From Eledone cirrhosa (taxonomy: Eukaryota), in contig OZ024742.1 in NCBI GenBank assembly GCA_964016885.1, positions 341,248,001 to 341,312,000 of the forward strand: 64,000 bases of DNA, given 5' to 3'. Of this stretch, positions 13,950-31,718 are shown one piece after another (positions within the stretch are counted from its first letter, which is position 1; every line of letters starts with the position of its first letter). Under the pieces are notes generated by a model. That model made no database searches. It saw nothing but the letters and a program-made list of their open reading frames with translations, and had not been told where the DNA came from. A program made the position numbers and the translations under genes.

Positions 13950-14175
13950 TTATATATATATATATACTCATGGTAAATATTGAGGTGATTCCATTCAAGC
14001 ACTCAACGTAGTTTTTTCACATAGGAATGACGGAATATGTTTAGAATAATTGTTTCTACTTTTGGCACAAGGCCAGCAATTACCCAGTACATTACTGGTA
14101 CTTTATTTTATCGACCCCGTAAGGATGAAAGGCAAAGTTAACCTCGGCGGGATTTGATCTCAGACCATAAAGTGC
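13700..14175 (-). mobile_element. Two SINE family A copies (13700-13830, 14046-14175)
   Basis: AATTGTTTCTACTTTTGGCACAAGGCCAGC...GGATGAAAGGCAAAGTTAACCTCGGCGGGATTTGA. Confidence 0.75.
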
Positions 14176-14183
14176 CGGATGTT

Positions 14184-14982
14184 TAGAATAATGAAATACA
14201 AACTAGTTTCAGATGTTAAAGTCCTTTATTAATAAGGCCGTGATACATATGACGACAGGGGCCACGTGATTCCGGGTCCCAGTGCCATGATCTCATCAGA
14301 CAGCTTCTTACATAATAAAATTACTTTCTCGAGTCAATCCAAATTTAAGCGACAAGGGAACGGGCAAAAGTGATGTTCTTGTAGCCTACGCCTATTACCT
14401 TGACAGCCCCAATCAGCCTCCACAACTATGCGCAGGCGCAAATGTGAAGGAAGCTACTCAGCCAACCAACTATTTGCCCCAAAACACAGTAAACTAGCCT
14501 AGGCAGCCCCCCCCCCCATCTAGGCCGGTAACGTGACACTGTCACAGATCCCAGCCAACTAAGTTGTAGCCCACTGCCAGTCTAGTGGCGGCCAACCGAA
14601 ACTCTGTGATTGTGGAAGGCTATGATTTTCAATCTGATTTGATACTATCCCCATGTATGGACTATGTATGGACAATAGAGTTGACCATCACCTGCGAACA
14701 GAAAATGAACATAATTCAGGGGTCTAGATATTATGGTTTCACAATTGAAATTAAAATTGGTAATCAGATTGAGAATTAAACATTAAAAGTTAAAATCTAG
14801 ATTGAAGTAAACAAGGAATATAGTAAACAGGAAGATAAGTAAATTATAGTTAGAAATTATAAAATGGGGTCATTATTGGATGTTACAGATATATTATCCG
14901 TGAATTGAATGAGAGTACCGTGCAACGGCCTTATTAATAAAGGACTTTAACATCTGAAAGTACTTTGTATTTCATTATTCTA
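14184..14982. mobile_element. ~800-bp segment bounded by 58-bp inverted repeats (MITE-like or inverted PLE end)
   Basis: 14184-14241 is the reverse complement of 14925-14982 with about 2 mismatches; a third partial copy lies at ~15137-15180. Confidence 0.55.
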
Positions 14983-14989
14983 TATGTAT

Positions 14990-15238
14990 ATAGTTACAGC
15001 CCTTCCCGTTCTGAGTTCAAATCCCGCCAAGGTTAGCTTAGTCTTTAATCCTTATAGGGTTGATAAAGTACCAGTAATGCACTGGGGTCGATTTAATCGA
15101 CTTTCCCCTCCCCATAATAGTAGAAACAATTATGTTTAGGATAATGAAATACAAAGTAGTTTCAGATGTTAAAGTCCTTTCTGATGATTTCTCCCGAATG
15201 AAAAAGTTCTAGTCCTGTAGAAGCCATTTCCCCCCCTC

Positions 15239-15271
<33 letters not shown>

Positions 15272-15570
15272 TCTCTCGTACTTTTGTGTTACTACTTCTA
15301 CCAAACCCGTCCCATGGACTGAGTGCTCTACCACTACGGATATTACCTTCCAGTTTTCTATCTCTCTCTCTATCTTAAAGAGTATTATAGGTATTAGTGA
15401 AACGATATACATATAATAAATAAATAATTACAATCATTATTAGTAATGTGTGAGTTCGAATCCCGCCGAGGTTAACGTTGCCTTTCATCCTTACGGGATC
15501 GATAAAATAAAGTACCAGTAATACACTGGGGTAATTGCTGGCCTTGTGCCAAAAGTAGAAACAATTATTA
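14990..15570 (+). mobile_element. Two SINE family A fragments (14990-15130, 15449-15570)
   Basis: B-box, core and tail motifs. Confidence 0.7.
15177..15223 (+). ncRNA. Type I hammerhead ribozyme, slightly degenerate
   Basis: CTTT-CTGATGA-TTTCTCCCGAAT-GAAA-AAG..CTGTA-GAAG; same family as 24321-24369, with a stem III mismatch. Confidence 0.55.
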
Positions 15571-16062
15571 GTAATGTTATAATTGTAGTTTTACATCCAG
15601 TTCAGTGGAAAGAAAGACCAATATTTGTCGACTAGTATCATTTGTGACATTTATACCTAAATATATAAAAAAATAAATAAATAAATAAAAATGTACAAAT
15701 CTAACTTTCTGAATCCTAAAACATACTCAAAATGAGTAAAATATATAAATGCATGAATGATTTACGGTTCAATTATAACCGGTAATCTTATAAGTTATAT
15801 ATCCAAATTATATATTTAAAACAAAAACAAATATATAAGAATCCCAATCTAAATTATATATATCTAAAATAATCCAAAGGTGGTCATATTCATCAAGAGA
15901 ACATGTTAACAAATAATATGTTTATATACCTAAACAGGACCCTTTAGTCTAACATTAATTCTATCATAAATGAATAGAAAATAAAACATTATTAAAGTTT
16001 TATAATCTGTTATAACGTTTTAGGTATACAGTTGATAAGTGACGTAAAAAATTAAAACCTGT

Positions 16063-17845
16063 TTATTTAGTGTTTTTTCCTGACTTTTGCGAGGCTTGGA
16101 ATATAGACAAAGCTTTATGAAGGCAGTTTGAGAATAATTCGCTTTTTTTGTTAATTAAGTTTTCATAATTAGTAATTATTAATAGGGTCTCCATGGTACA
16201 GAGGTTGCAGTTAGGTGATATTGACGAATTCGAGTAAATTCTACTATTACATAACTTCGTCCAAAATATCGAGTATTTTAAATTTTTGTCTTTTAATGAC
16301 CATATAAGTTGTGATAAAGAAGTCGAAGACTTCCTATTAGGATTCGAAAAAGAGCACTTATGATTCCCAGATCTCGATTTAAATGTCGAAGAAGTTGCCC
16401 CTATATAGTTGTAGGTGATGTTATTTGCTTTTACGGTGCATTTATACACCAAATTGCTATCCAGACAGTTATTTTGAAGAGGGCAATCTGGTTTATTTCT
16501 ACAATTACATTTCGATTTATTATTATTATAATTTATATTAACACTATTATTACTTCGAAATGTTCTATTGATAGTGCTTATATTGCTGTTAATGTTATTC
16601 ATAGTATCAATATTGTTAGTGTTATATTCATTATTGTTAAATGTATGCTGATTATGGTTTAGAATTCTATTTAATTTAGCGATGTTTTGGGCCATATTCA
16701 TAGTTGTAGAATAAGAAAGCTTAATTGTGTGTCTATTAAATATGGAACGGTATTTATGTTGAATAGGGAAGGAAATATCTAAAGCTTTAAAGAATAGATT
16801 AACGAGTGGTGTTCTTATTGCTACAGAAAGAGGGGGGCAAACCATATAACTGATTTAGTTCTGTTTTTTTTCCCCGATTTATTCACAGTACTGGTGTTTG
16901 AATTATAATTTTTAGAATTTCGTTTATACATGTCAGTCATATTATTTTTATCAGGATTATAATTCAAATTATTATTGTCTATATATTCTATATTATTTTT
17001 ATAACCTGCCTTTCTTAGCGCATCATTGTAATATCCTGCTTTTTCATCAAATATGGATTTATTAGCAGATATTCTAGTTATGCGTTTCTGTACACTATTG
17101 ACAATTGCATTTTTCACAGATTTAGGGTGATTAGAGTAATAGCTAACGTAATTTAAGTTTTCATTGGGCTTATGGAAAGGGTAATAAAAACCAGAGTTTA
17201 AGTTAAGGGTAATATCAAGGAAATGAACTATTTTGGTACCACTTTCAACCTCTAATTTAAGATCGTAATTTTTAAAGAATTCAATTATATTTTTCTTAAC
17301 ACTATTTAGTTCTGTATTGCTGTGTTTGACAACCGTAAATAAAATATCGTCCCTATATAAACCACCGGTAATCTCCGGCCGTTTTCTATTTACCATATTT
17401 AAGATGAAAATCCCCAGAAGATCCGTGACTTGCGCTGAGTCCGATGATCCCATGGTAATGTCAAAGTTTCTATTCCTATCTGAGCGGGTCCAATACTTAT
17501 TGTTGAAATTAATTAGAGTTCTTCTAGCAGTTAATATGATATCGATTTCATCCGTAGTTAGATCTGTATGCTTGTAAGCGTAGGATAAAGCCTTATTTAG
17601 TAGGTTAGGTGTAATGGAAGAGTAATAGCTTGCTATGTCCATTTAGATGAATTTGTGGTTTTTCTTATCATCTATATTGTTAAACCAATCAATCACTTCA
17701 TTGGTGTCCTTCCATAAGCTCAATTTAGACCTCAATTTCAGAATGGGTAGAATTCTATCAATAACATTCTTACTGATTACTCCAATATCCGATTTAGATG
17801 GAGCAATCAGTCTAACTGGCAGGTCTTCCACAAAGTTTCTTTTGT
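16063..17845 (-). pseudogene. Penelope-like element RT + GIY-YIG endonuclease, 5'-truncated, with one stop and one frameshift
   Basis: RLIAP, MDIASYYSSI, ITMGSSDS, LYRDD, FLDITL, CNC..C..C linker and LVY..YIG; TAA at 17643-17645 and frameshift at ~16830. Confidence 0.9.
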
Positions 17846-19142
17846 GATCCTTAAAATTTATCCTCGGCTGTCTAGGTATAAAAGGCTCGGTTCTTTTATA
17901 TATATATATATACCACCACTAACCTCACCCCCACACCTCCATCCCACCACCCCGCAACTAACCACACTAACACCCCCTGACCCCAAGCACACGAACACAC
18001 GCACCCACTTACACCACCCACCCCACACGCAACTAACATCACTAACACCCCCCCAACCCCACGTACACGTACCCACACACCCTCGTACACCACCAACTCT
18101 ACACACCCTACCACCACTAACCCCCACTCACACCTGCATTGAACCCTTTCCCCACCCCCGTATACTAACACCCACTAACACCCCCTTCATCAAACTACAC
18201 ACACACCAGTACACCACACTCCCTCCATAGAACTACACACACCCTTCTCTCCCCGCTCCACCCACACCCTCGCTCCACACTCACTCATCCCACTAACACC
18301 TCTACTAATACACACACACACCCTCCTCACTCCAACTTTCACACCTACCCATCCTCGCCCCTTTACCATTCCACCCGACTGCTACTATGCCCTCTGACCA
18401 CCTCCCAGCATAAACAGACACACAGCACTCCCACCGCTTGACCACTTCCTGTTGCGCGCGCACCCCACATCTCTCCTCTTCCGACCATCTCTTCATGGAA
18501 TACTCGTATGTGGAACTTGACCACCACGGAATCTACTAAACATCATAGGAATTTACCAACATTTCAACCATCCTCTTACGGAATCACCTATATAACTCAC
18601 CCACACACACACCCAAACATTTTTTTTTCTCCCACACGCCACCTACACACACAACACGCTTAAACCCCACACACACGTGCTTTCCACCACATATTTACAC
18701 CCTCAGTCTCCTGATTCCTCTCCCCCCACCCCTCTATCCACACACGCACAGACACTACGACCTACAAGCCCCCCCCCACACCTCTTCCTGAACATGCAAC
18801 CCCGTTCTTCCCCCAACCCTTACTTTCACATACACACACACACACGTACACCTACACACACACACCACCTTCAGCCCTCCCCGCTCGGACACCCCGTCTC
18901 CCTCTCCCCACTCCACCCGCCACCACCCCTACACACCCCACACCCTTCCACCACCTGTTTTACCCCTTTTTAATTTCAGTTTATTTTGATCATGCTTTTA
19001 TATTTATTTTTATTTCATTCCTTTTATTTTGATCATGCTTCATTTTTATTTTTAATTTTAATTTCATTCGCACCGTTTCCTTTCGCTATATGTCTCTCCA
19101 CCACTCCCCTACACACCCTTTGAACTCTGTTCCCACACACTT

Positions 19143-19178
19143 CTCACCTGAGGAAGGGCTTATGCCCGAAACGTCGTT
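19143..19178 (+). ncRNA. Minimal type I hammerhead motif at the end of a C/A-rich, PLE 3'-UTR-like tract
   Basis: CTGAGGA-A-GGGC TTAT GCCC-GAAACGTC; stem I only partly intact. Confidence 0.55.
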
Positions 19179-19180
19179 CA

Positions 19181-19906
<726 letters not shown>

Positions 19907-20279
19907 GTGTGTGTGGGCAGAAAGGGAGAAAGAAAGAAATTGATAAAGAGTGAGAGTCAACCCCAGTACCTGATTGATACTTTATTTAACGACCCCGGAA
20001 TGATGAAAGACAAAGTTGACCTCGGCAGGATCTGAACTCAGACTGTAGGGAACCGGTACAAATACTGAATCAGGGAATCCAACACCAAAACTACTCTGGC
20101 AATTGGCTGTCATTGAAGGATTGGAGTTTCATGTAAAAGTCGATGTGAGAATAGAGAAAACAATATCAAAGATGGAAGACAAAGGATTGGTCGAAAACTC
20201 ACAGCTGGAATATATTTGTTCTTTCTACTTTGTTTCACGTTAAGTTAAGTAGCAAAGGAAAACAAGGAATGTTAAGAAG

Positions 20280-23510
<3,231 letters not shown>

Positions 23511-23967
23511 CGAACACATTACTGTAATGAAATGACTGTACAAGATTACAAAGGGGGGGGGGGCTCTTGCAAGTGAAGGTTGGGAGACAAACAGAATAGA
23601 AACGGTGAGGAATGGGAGTTAGAGAGAAGAATGGAGACAAATGGAGAAGGGTACAGGGAGATGTGGTTCAATTGATTGAGTAGAACATTGGGTTAGGGTT
23701 AGGGTTAAGCTTAACGACATATTAACGTTTAAAACAACGATCAGTTGATCGCCGAATTTGAGCTAATGATACTGTGAAGACCAGTTTGTGTCCGGTGAAG
23801 ACTACTTATCTTTCCCTTGATACTACAACTGTGATAGATATATACATGTATACATACACAATCTCAGGCACCCACACACACACACAGTCCGCCAACATCT
23901 ATCTATCTATATAATATATATATATATATATAATATAAGATCAAAAGATGGGTAAAAGAGTTCCAAG

Positions 23968-24038
23968 TATTTTATTATGCGCATTTCAAAAACAAATATC
24001 ATCATGGTATGATATCTGCGTTCTCATCAGATAAAATA
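23968..24038 (-). ncRNA. Type I hammerhead ribozyme
   Basis: Reverse complement: TATTTTAT-CTGATGA-GAACGCAGATATCAT accatg ATGATATTTGTTTTT-GAAATG CG CATA^-ATAAAATA; 8-bp stem I, long stem II, palindromic ATGCGCAT. Confidence 0.8.
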
Positions 24039-24320
24039 GGGATTCATGATAGGAAGCTTAAAAAACACTTGTGAATAGTGAAGTTTTAAATCAACATATG
24101 AAAAATAATTTAAGATTGATGTATGAGATTGGGAAAAAGTGAAGGGGGGAAAGGTAAGGAAGAGGAGGAGATGAGAGTAAAGAATGGTGGGGGAGGAGTA
24201 TAAGAAGGAAGGATGAGAGTGGAGGAGAGATGGGTGATTATCCGATATTTGCATTGCTTTATTGTGCTACAATAAAACTCACCTCCTACATATATATATA
24301 TATAGTTTTAATATAGATGA

Positions 24321-24369
24321 GATTCTACAGGACTAGAACTGTTTCATTCTTTAGAAATCATCAGGAATC
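24321..24369 (-). ncRNA. Type I hammerhead ribozyme
   Basis: Reverse complement: GATTC-CTGATGA-T TTC TAAA GAA T-GAAACAG ttctagtc CTGTA^-GAATC. Confidence 0.8.
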
Positions 24370-25233
24370 TGGGTATCAAAAAATAAGTATGGTATTTATA
24401 GGTCTCTTCAAGTGGTAGGAGAGGGTGGGGATTGGGATGGGTGTAGGTCATTGGTTGATAGAAAAGGGAATTCATTAAAAGCTAATTCCTCAAAGCTATA
24501 GTTTATTTTCAGAGTAACAAAGGCAGAAAGAATTCTATAAACAAGTTCAGGATGGGGTGCCACTCCTTATTTTTAAGTTTCTCTTAAGCTAACAGGTGTC
24601 TATAAGATCAGTGGGGGTCAGTCATGGTTGATGGATTTAAAGGTAAGGGAGATTCTTTAAAAGCTAAATTCATTAAGGTTCTACTAAGTGACAAAGCCCT
24701 AGAGAATTCTGTATACAAATTCAAAATATTGAGTGAATATCAGATTATCTTCAAATTTCTCTTAAACTATTCAACTATACGTCAAAAATCAACAGACACA
24801 TTCACAAACACACTCACTCACACACTCGCGCGCACCCACAAACACCCACACATACACATATACACACATATATATATATATATAAACGATCACTTAGTTA
24901 CATACAAAAATTCTGCCTAAGAAAACTCATACAACACCTACACCGCACGCTACAACATCACATACGGACTATTTCCAGCCTTGTACCACAACTCGCTGAA
25001 ACCCCAGAACCTCTGTCCAGAGTCATCTCCGCCACTATAGACAGGTCATACCACCACCGCCGAGACTACGAGAAAATAGTCTAACGCAAAAATTTCTCAA
25101 ACTCAGGACGGCCAACTGTCTTAACAACATCCCAACTCTAAACACCAACAGAGGCGAACAAGACGGTACCAGCGCCGAACCTAGCGGCGCCCCGACCAAC
25201 AACACACCTGACGCAAAACACCTCGTCACAGAC

Positions 25234-27246
25234 TTGACAGGATCCCTCTCCCGAGAGGAATTAGACCTCCTCAGCCTGGGTCCCAAGTTCATATTGAAAC
25301 AGAGACTGGACGACAAACTATGGCTCGACATAGAAACGAATTTCTGTCGGGCTGCCTACCAACTAAAATGGATATCGACTCTCGACAACAACACCACGGA
25401 ATCCATCAAACCCAGATTCCCGATATACCAACTAGATCGCCCACTCTGTCCACCGCCTGCCAACCGCGAGTTTGAAGAAAAACTCTCGAGACTAAAACAT
25501 TCCGTATTTAACATCTTACGGAAACAGAAGAAGATAGCCCCAAACCTCTCCAGGACACAACAACTCGCCCTGAAGAACCTACGGAATAGGGAACTTATAT
25601 ACTTACCATCCGACAAAGGTAAAGAGTTTTGCGTCATCTCTCAAGCCACATACAATAACCTAGCCTTTGAACACCTAAGCGACAGTGAATTATACACAGT
25701 GATCCCGGACATGACTGCAGCCCAGATCGAAAAACAGACCAACTCCATTTGGTTCGATATCTGTAGGAGAAGACAACTCCCAAATAAAGTTAAGCTCAAC
25801 TACACCACTAGAAACAGCAGACTGCCCACTTTCTACCACCTCATCAAGACCCACAAGAATAGTACTAAGACGCAAATAAGACCCATCGTCTCTAGCATAG
25901 AAGGACCCCTATACAAAATTTCCTGGCTCCTCTCCCAGGTCCTCAAGCCTCTACTCTCCACCTTTCCCGGGCATGTCAGTAGTTCCGACGAAGTTATACG
26001 TAGACTACACCAACTCCAGCCAGAACAACTTAAACTAAATAAATACGCTTTTAGCCTCGACGTTGTCTCCCTCTACACTACAGTCCCCGCTCATCCAGCT
26101 GTCGATTTATTGACGGACTGCGTGGTCGCAGAGGACATCCACTGCTACGGCCTCCACCCGACGGACATACACCAGCTTTTGTCCTTCACAGTAGACAACA
26201 CGTACTTCACCTTCCATCACCACACATACAGACATACAACAGGATTACCCATGGGATCCAGCCTATCGGGCCTGCTGGCCATCACCTACATGAACCAGCT
26301 AGAATGCCGAGCCCTCAACACCTGCCATTCCCACGCCTTCTTCGCCCGATATGTAGATGACATACTCATCCTTACATCATCCCGTGAGGAGGCAGATAAA
26401 ATATACACAACATTCTCCAGCATGGACGCCAGTATAAAGTTCAGCATGGAACACCCCGATGACCACGGATCCCTATCCCTACTGGACTTCCAACTCAGGG
26501 TAACAGAGGAAGGCAACATCCACACCTGCTTCTATAAAAAAGCCGCCAGCAGGGACCTGTTCGTACATTTCAGATCGGCCCTCCCACTCGGTGCCAAGTT
26601 CGGATACATAAGGAACGAACTGGCACGTATCCGGAACAAATGCACCGACGCTAGAGACCGAGACACACACACCACACATTTCCTGGAAGTACTCAAACTG
26701 AACGGATACACGGCATCCACCACAAACCGTGCCAGAAAGAACAGAGGACACCACACCCGAGGCACTAACACTTGCTTCCTGAAGCTCCCACACTTCAGTG
26801 AAGAAACAACAACAGCCATCCGCAGAGCCATCAGACGAGAGGGACTGGATATCCAACTGGCCCACTCGGGTCCTTCTCTGCGCGGACGGCTGGCCAAGAG
26901 ACACTCCACCAGACATGACAACTGCTGCAGACTAGCCAACTGCCCCATCAACGACACAGACCTATGCCACCAGGCTTACGTCGTATACAGACTAGAGTGT
27001 GACAAATGCAACAACTTCTACGTAGGTAGCACCACCAGACCACTCCACATAAGAATAAAAGAACACCTCAATACTAACGCTTCCTCATTTAAGAAACACC
27101 TAGCTAAATGCAAAAACACCGATAAAAACATAACAGTTAGGATAGAAACTAAGTAAAGAAACCTCGGCAATCTTAGAATTAAGGAAGCACTAATTATAGA
27201 TAAAACACAACCACCTATCAATAATAGACTAGAACTCAACACCTAA
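25234..27246 (+). pseudogene. Penelope-like element RT + GIY-YIG (Penelope/Poseidon-like), premature stop near the C-terminus
   Basis: PSDKG, KTHK..RPIVS, SLDVVSLYT, GLPMGSSLS, RYVDD, VVY..FYVG..R..EH; TAA at 27154-27156 with homology continuing in frame to 27246. Confidence 0.93.
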
Positions 27247-27670
27247 TTTATAACCTGATAGGGCTTCTAGCCCCATATTTACACACCCCATACACACACA
27301 CGCACGCGCACACACACACGCTTACACCTCCACTTATTCTCTCTCACACATACACACACATAACCAGTTCCAACACCAGATAACACCTATGCCCCACATT
27401 TACGAATAGACTTATCTTCTCACACTCACACACACACACTCACATACTTACACCTTCATGCATTCTCCCACATACTTATACAGGCATGTATATAAAATAT
27501 TTAAAAAAAAAACAAAAAAAAACCCTAAACAAACCCCTTTTAAAGGGAGACTACTCTTTATCCACCTAATTTTAACTATTTGACATTAGAGATAGAACAG
27601 ATACTCTATACTATTTCCTGTCAGCATGGCTTGGCAAGATATTTAGAAGGCTGGTTTGAGACCTTTATTT

Positions 27671-27707
27671 TCCTCTGAAGAAGAGATATTATCTCGAAAA
27701 TTAAGGA
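27671..27707 (+). ncRNA. Minimal type I hammerhead in the 3' UTR of the 25.2-27.2 kb PLE
   Basis: TCCT-CTGAAGA-A GAGAT ATT ATCTC-GAAAATTA^-AGGA. Confidence 0.75.
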
Positions 27708-27819
27708 CATTTAAATAAATCTAAGGTAAAGGACGAATTGTCAACAATATCTTTTACAATTGCATTCTTTTTTCTATGTCCATACCTGCATTGTTTTGGC
27801 TTTATTACACATATTCAAA

Positions 27820-27889
<70 letters not shown>

Positions 27890-27908
27890 CATACATATAC
27901 ATACACAC

Positions 27909-27944
<36 letters not shown>

Positions 27945-28820
27945 CGAAGGAAATGTGGTAAGGAACCAGGTGGACCATAACGCACCAAAGTACTCAATAC
28001 TTGAGGTAGTAGAGTGGGTAATAGGAACCAGTAAGACCCCGACAGCTGAGCTCAAGCCGTTTCGACGGCTAATTCTGGACTAAATGAAAATTTATCCTGG
28101 TATTTAAATAGCCGATCTTCTCAAGGGGTAATTCCATATATGGTCAAAGTGATTGTCAAAAATCAGTAGTAATTCTGTGGTTGCAAGTTAGTAGGGGAGA
28201 TGGTGACTAAACCTGCCAGTAGGAGAAAGAGCGGAGGGGGTGGAGTAGCCACAATCAAGCGTTTGTAGTGCCAGCTACAGCTGGGCATGAGGTCAAAGAA
28301 GATACAGGGGAGGGGGAGGGGGAGGAAGTCGGAACGGTAGGTAGAACAAGGGGGGGGGGGGGGGTAAAAATATATAGGAAAGAAATACTGAGAGTGAAGA
28401 AAACCAAATAAGTGTAAAGAAAAACAAATGAGTGTAAAGAAAAAAGTAAAGTAAATTAAGTTCTCCGACCTAGGTCTCAGCTATTGTTAGGCTAGAATAA
28501 ATAAAGAAATAAAGAAAGAAAGAAGTAAAGAAAGAAATAAAGGAATAACGAAATAAGTAAAAGAACTAGGTGGGACGGGATAGGCGAGGACCCTTTTAAG
28601 AGGTATAAGTACGTAAATGATACGGTGACGGGTCAAAATAATTCTGAGTCCCGAGAAAAATATATACTAATGCTAACTCTAAAAGATCTAAAACAAGCTA
28701 CATGAAAGTTCGTACGAAGTAAAGGTAGAATACGGAAGAATAAATACACATTTTCATTTAGTCCAGAATTAGCCGTCGAAACGGCTTGAGCACAGCTGTC
28801 GGGGTCTTACTGGTTCCTAT
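27945..28820 (-). mobile_element. PLE pseudo-LTR/3'-end fragment with a degenerate HHR (28037-28128) and an inverted 70-bp copy
   Basis: 28751-28820 is the reverse complement of 28021-28090; reverse complement reads CCCC-TTGAGAAGA-TCGGCTA..TAGCCGTC-GAAACGGCT..AGCTGTC^-GGGG; related copy at 38829-38970. Confidence 0.6.
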
Positions 28821-28962
28821 ATATATATATATATATATATATACATACATGCATATATACATATATATATATACATACATGCATATATACATATATATAT
28901 ACACATACACACACACATATATATATACATATACATACATACACATATATATATATATATTA

Positions 28963-31718
28963 TAAAATACGTAGTTTAGAAAGCCACAACAATGCAGAGG
29001 GAAATCTCGAGGTAGGAAGTGAATGATAGATAGGAGAAATAGGATAAAGTGAAAATTGAGAGAGACAAAGATGAAAACAAAACAAAGGTAGAAGGGTTAC
29101 CGTAGTGGAGATTTAATCCCAATATTTCGGGCTCACGCCCATCAACGGGGGAAAGTTCCAAAAGGGGGGGAACAGGCTAAGCGGAGAAAGTTGTGATGTC
29201 GTTAAAACAGGAATGCCGTTATGGGGAGAAAAAAAAAAAAAATTATTTAAAATTTAAATGAGGGAAAGAATGCGCGTGCGCGTGATAGGCTGTGGCAAAA
29301 GCTACTGACCAAATGGGTTAAATCAAGAGGGTGCGCTAGCGTGTGAAAGCCGTAAAATATGTGTGTAAATATATATGTGTGTGTAACTGTGTGTGTATAT
29401 GTGTAAGTGTGTACATGTGCGAGTGTGTGTGTGTGTGAAAGATAGTGGCTGTAGAAGCTGGAAATCAAAGGGTGTGAAAGGTGGTAGGTTGTAAAACATG
29501 TGTGCGTGTATAAATATAGATGTGTGTGTGTGAGCGTATGGGTATACAGGTGTGTGTAACTGTGTGTGTATATGTGTGAGTGCGTGTGTGTGTGAAAGAT
29601 AGTGGGCTGTAGAAGCTGGAAATCAAAGGGTGTGAAAGGTGGTAGGTTGTAAAAACATGTGTGCGTGTATAAATATAGATGTGTGTGTGTATGCGTATGG
29701 GTATGCATATACGTGCGTGTGTGTGAAAATAGCAGGCCGTAAGGGCTGTGAATGGTCACTATGGTTAAGTTAGCCATGTCAGCTCATTTCTCTCAGCCCG
29801 GTTGTTAAGTGGGGGTCTGAGGTTCTTAATAACAAGTGCTTCCTTTATCCTTAAGGATCCGATGCTGCGTTCAGTCGCTAGGACTGTGACCAAGGGTCTA
29901 CCCTGTGGGTTTCCGCATTTAAGGATGTGTTTACGGAAGGAAGATGCGTTGGTGTTGATATGTTCCTTGATACGAACATGTAGGGGTCGGATGGTGCTAC
30001 CTATGTAAAACTTGTTACATTTATCGCATTGAATCTTATATACGACATAGGTGCGTAGGCAATCTGCCCCCCGCATCGGGCAGTTGCTGAGGGAACACAT
30101 CCCATCTGACTCGTCGGGTTTGTTGGAGAGGCATCTTCGCAGCGAAGGTCCTGTGTGGGCCAAATGTATGTCAAGTCCTTCCATCCGTATGGCCCTGCGG
30201 ATGGCGTTCGTGGTATATTCACTGAGGTGGGGGATTTTAAAGAAGCACCTGCTTTTATCTAAGTTTCTAGTGGGTGTCTGTCTATTGGGTCTGGGGTCTC
30301 TAATTCCGTTAATCAGTCGCTTGGGATATCCATTAGACTTGAGTAGATTACGGAATTGCGTGGTATGGGTGAGACCACCCATCGGGTCGCTGCATCTGTT
30401 AGTGATCCGTGTCAGTTCATTTAGGACATAGCCTCTCTTAGCGTTGTTGGGGAGGGCTGAGTTGTAATGCACAAATAAGTCCTTGCACGCTGCTTTGCGG
30501 TAGAAGGTGGTGTTTATGTCTCCTTCTTCCGAGATGTTGATACGGAAGTCGAGGAGGGCGAGTGACCCGTCTTCTCCTGGGTGTTCGATGGTGAAATCGA
30601 CGTGATGGTCAGTATCGTTGAAGATTTGGTGAATTTCATTCGCCATCTCCCGGGAAGAAGTAAGTATCAGGATGTCATCAACGTAGAAGGCGACGGCGTT
30701 GGGTTGGCAGGTATTGAGTGCTTTGCGTTCCAGGTGGTCCATGTACGAGATCGCAAGTATGCCGGACAGACTAGAGCCCATAGGTAGCCCAGAGATCTGT
30801 TTGTACGTGTGGCCGAGGAAATTGAAGAGTGCATTATCCACAACGAAGGAGAGGAGTTGGTGGATGTCCGTGTGTGTGAGTCCGAAGCAGTGTAAGTTAG
30901 ATGCTCGGACTCGTTCGGTCAACAGGTCGACGGCTGGGGATGCTGGTACGGAGGTATAAAGGGCGACCACATCAAGACTGAAGGCATAACCGTTGTCCTT
31001 TCTGGTGTTGGGCGCCAGATGGTGTAGTCGCTCCAAGACCTCCTTTGAGCTGCAGACATGGGCTGGTAGTGTGTGTAGAATAGGTTTCAGTAGTGTGGAG
31101 AGCAGCCACGATATTTTGTAGAGTGGGCCCTCCACGCTAGAGAAAATGGGCCTGATTTTCAAATCGGGTCCTTGTTTATGTGTTTTAACCAGGTGGTAGA
31201 AGGTGGGTAGTTTGCTGTTTCGAGTCATTATGTTGTTTTTTACCTTCTTTGGCAGTTTTCGTTGGACACAGATGTTAGTCCATATGGTGTTAATGCCTTC
31301 CTCGATTAGAGTCGAGGAGGTCCCTGTGACTTTCGAGTAGAGGCTGTGGTCATTAAGATGTTGGAGAGCTAAGTTGTTGTAGGTCTCTCTCGAGATGACA
31401 CAGAATTCTTTCCCCTTGTCAGAGGGAAGGTACACAAGGTTCCTGGATCTTAGGTTGGTGAGAGTATTAAATTGTGCATTGGTGAGGTTGCGTTTATTGT
31501 GTGTGTGTGTGTGTGTTGGGAAAGGATGTTAGAGATAGAATGTTTCAACCTGAGTAGTTTAGTGTCAAGTTCGTGGTTGGTGGGTGGGGGTGGAGTGGGT
31601 TGTCGAGGTGGTACGTGGGGAGTGTGGGGTGGGTTGTGGGGTTGTAATCGATCTCGGTGTTGTTTTGGATGGCGGTTAGCCATTTCAGTTGATATGCTCT
31701 CCGACAGAAGTTGGTTTC
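28963..31718 (-). mobile_element. Penelope-like element, left arm of an inverted pair (ORF 29765-31435; 9-bp deletion just before YVDD)
   Basis: Near-identical reverse complement of 32114-34846; RT and GIY-YIG motifs present. Confidence 0.93.

Noticed and set aside
23690-23708. GGGTTAGGGTTAGGGTTA telomere-like repeat
   Set aside because: Only about 3 units; too short to support an interstitial telomere or telomere-targeted insertion.
31472-31718. Gly/Trp-rich N-terminus of the 867-aa ORF as a novel domain
   Set aside because: It is the antisense of the left PLE arm, fused at the inversion junction.
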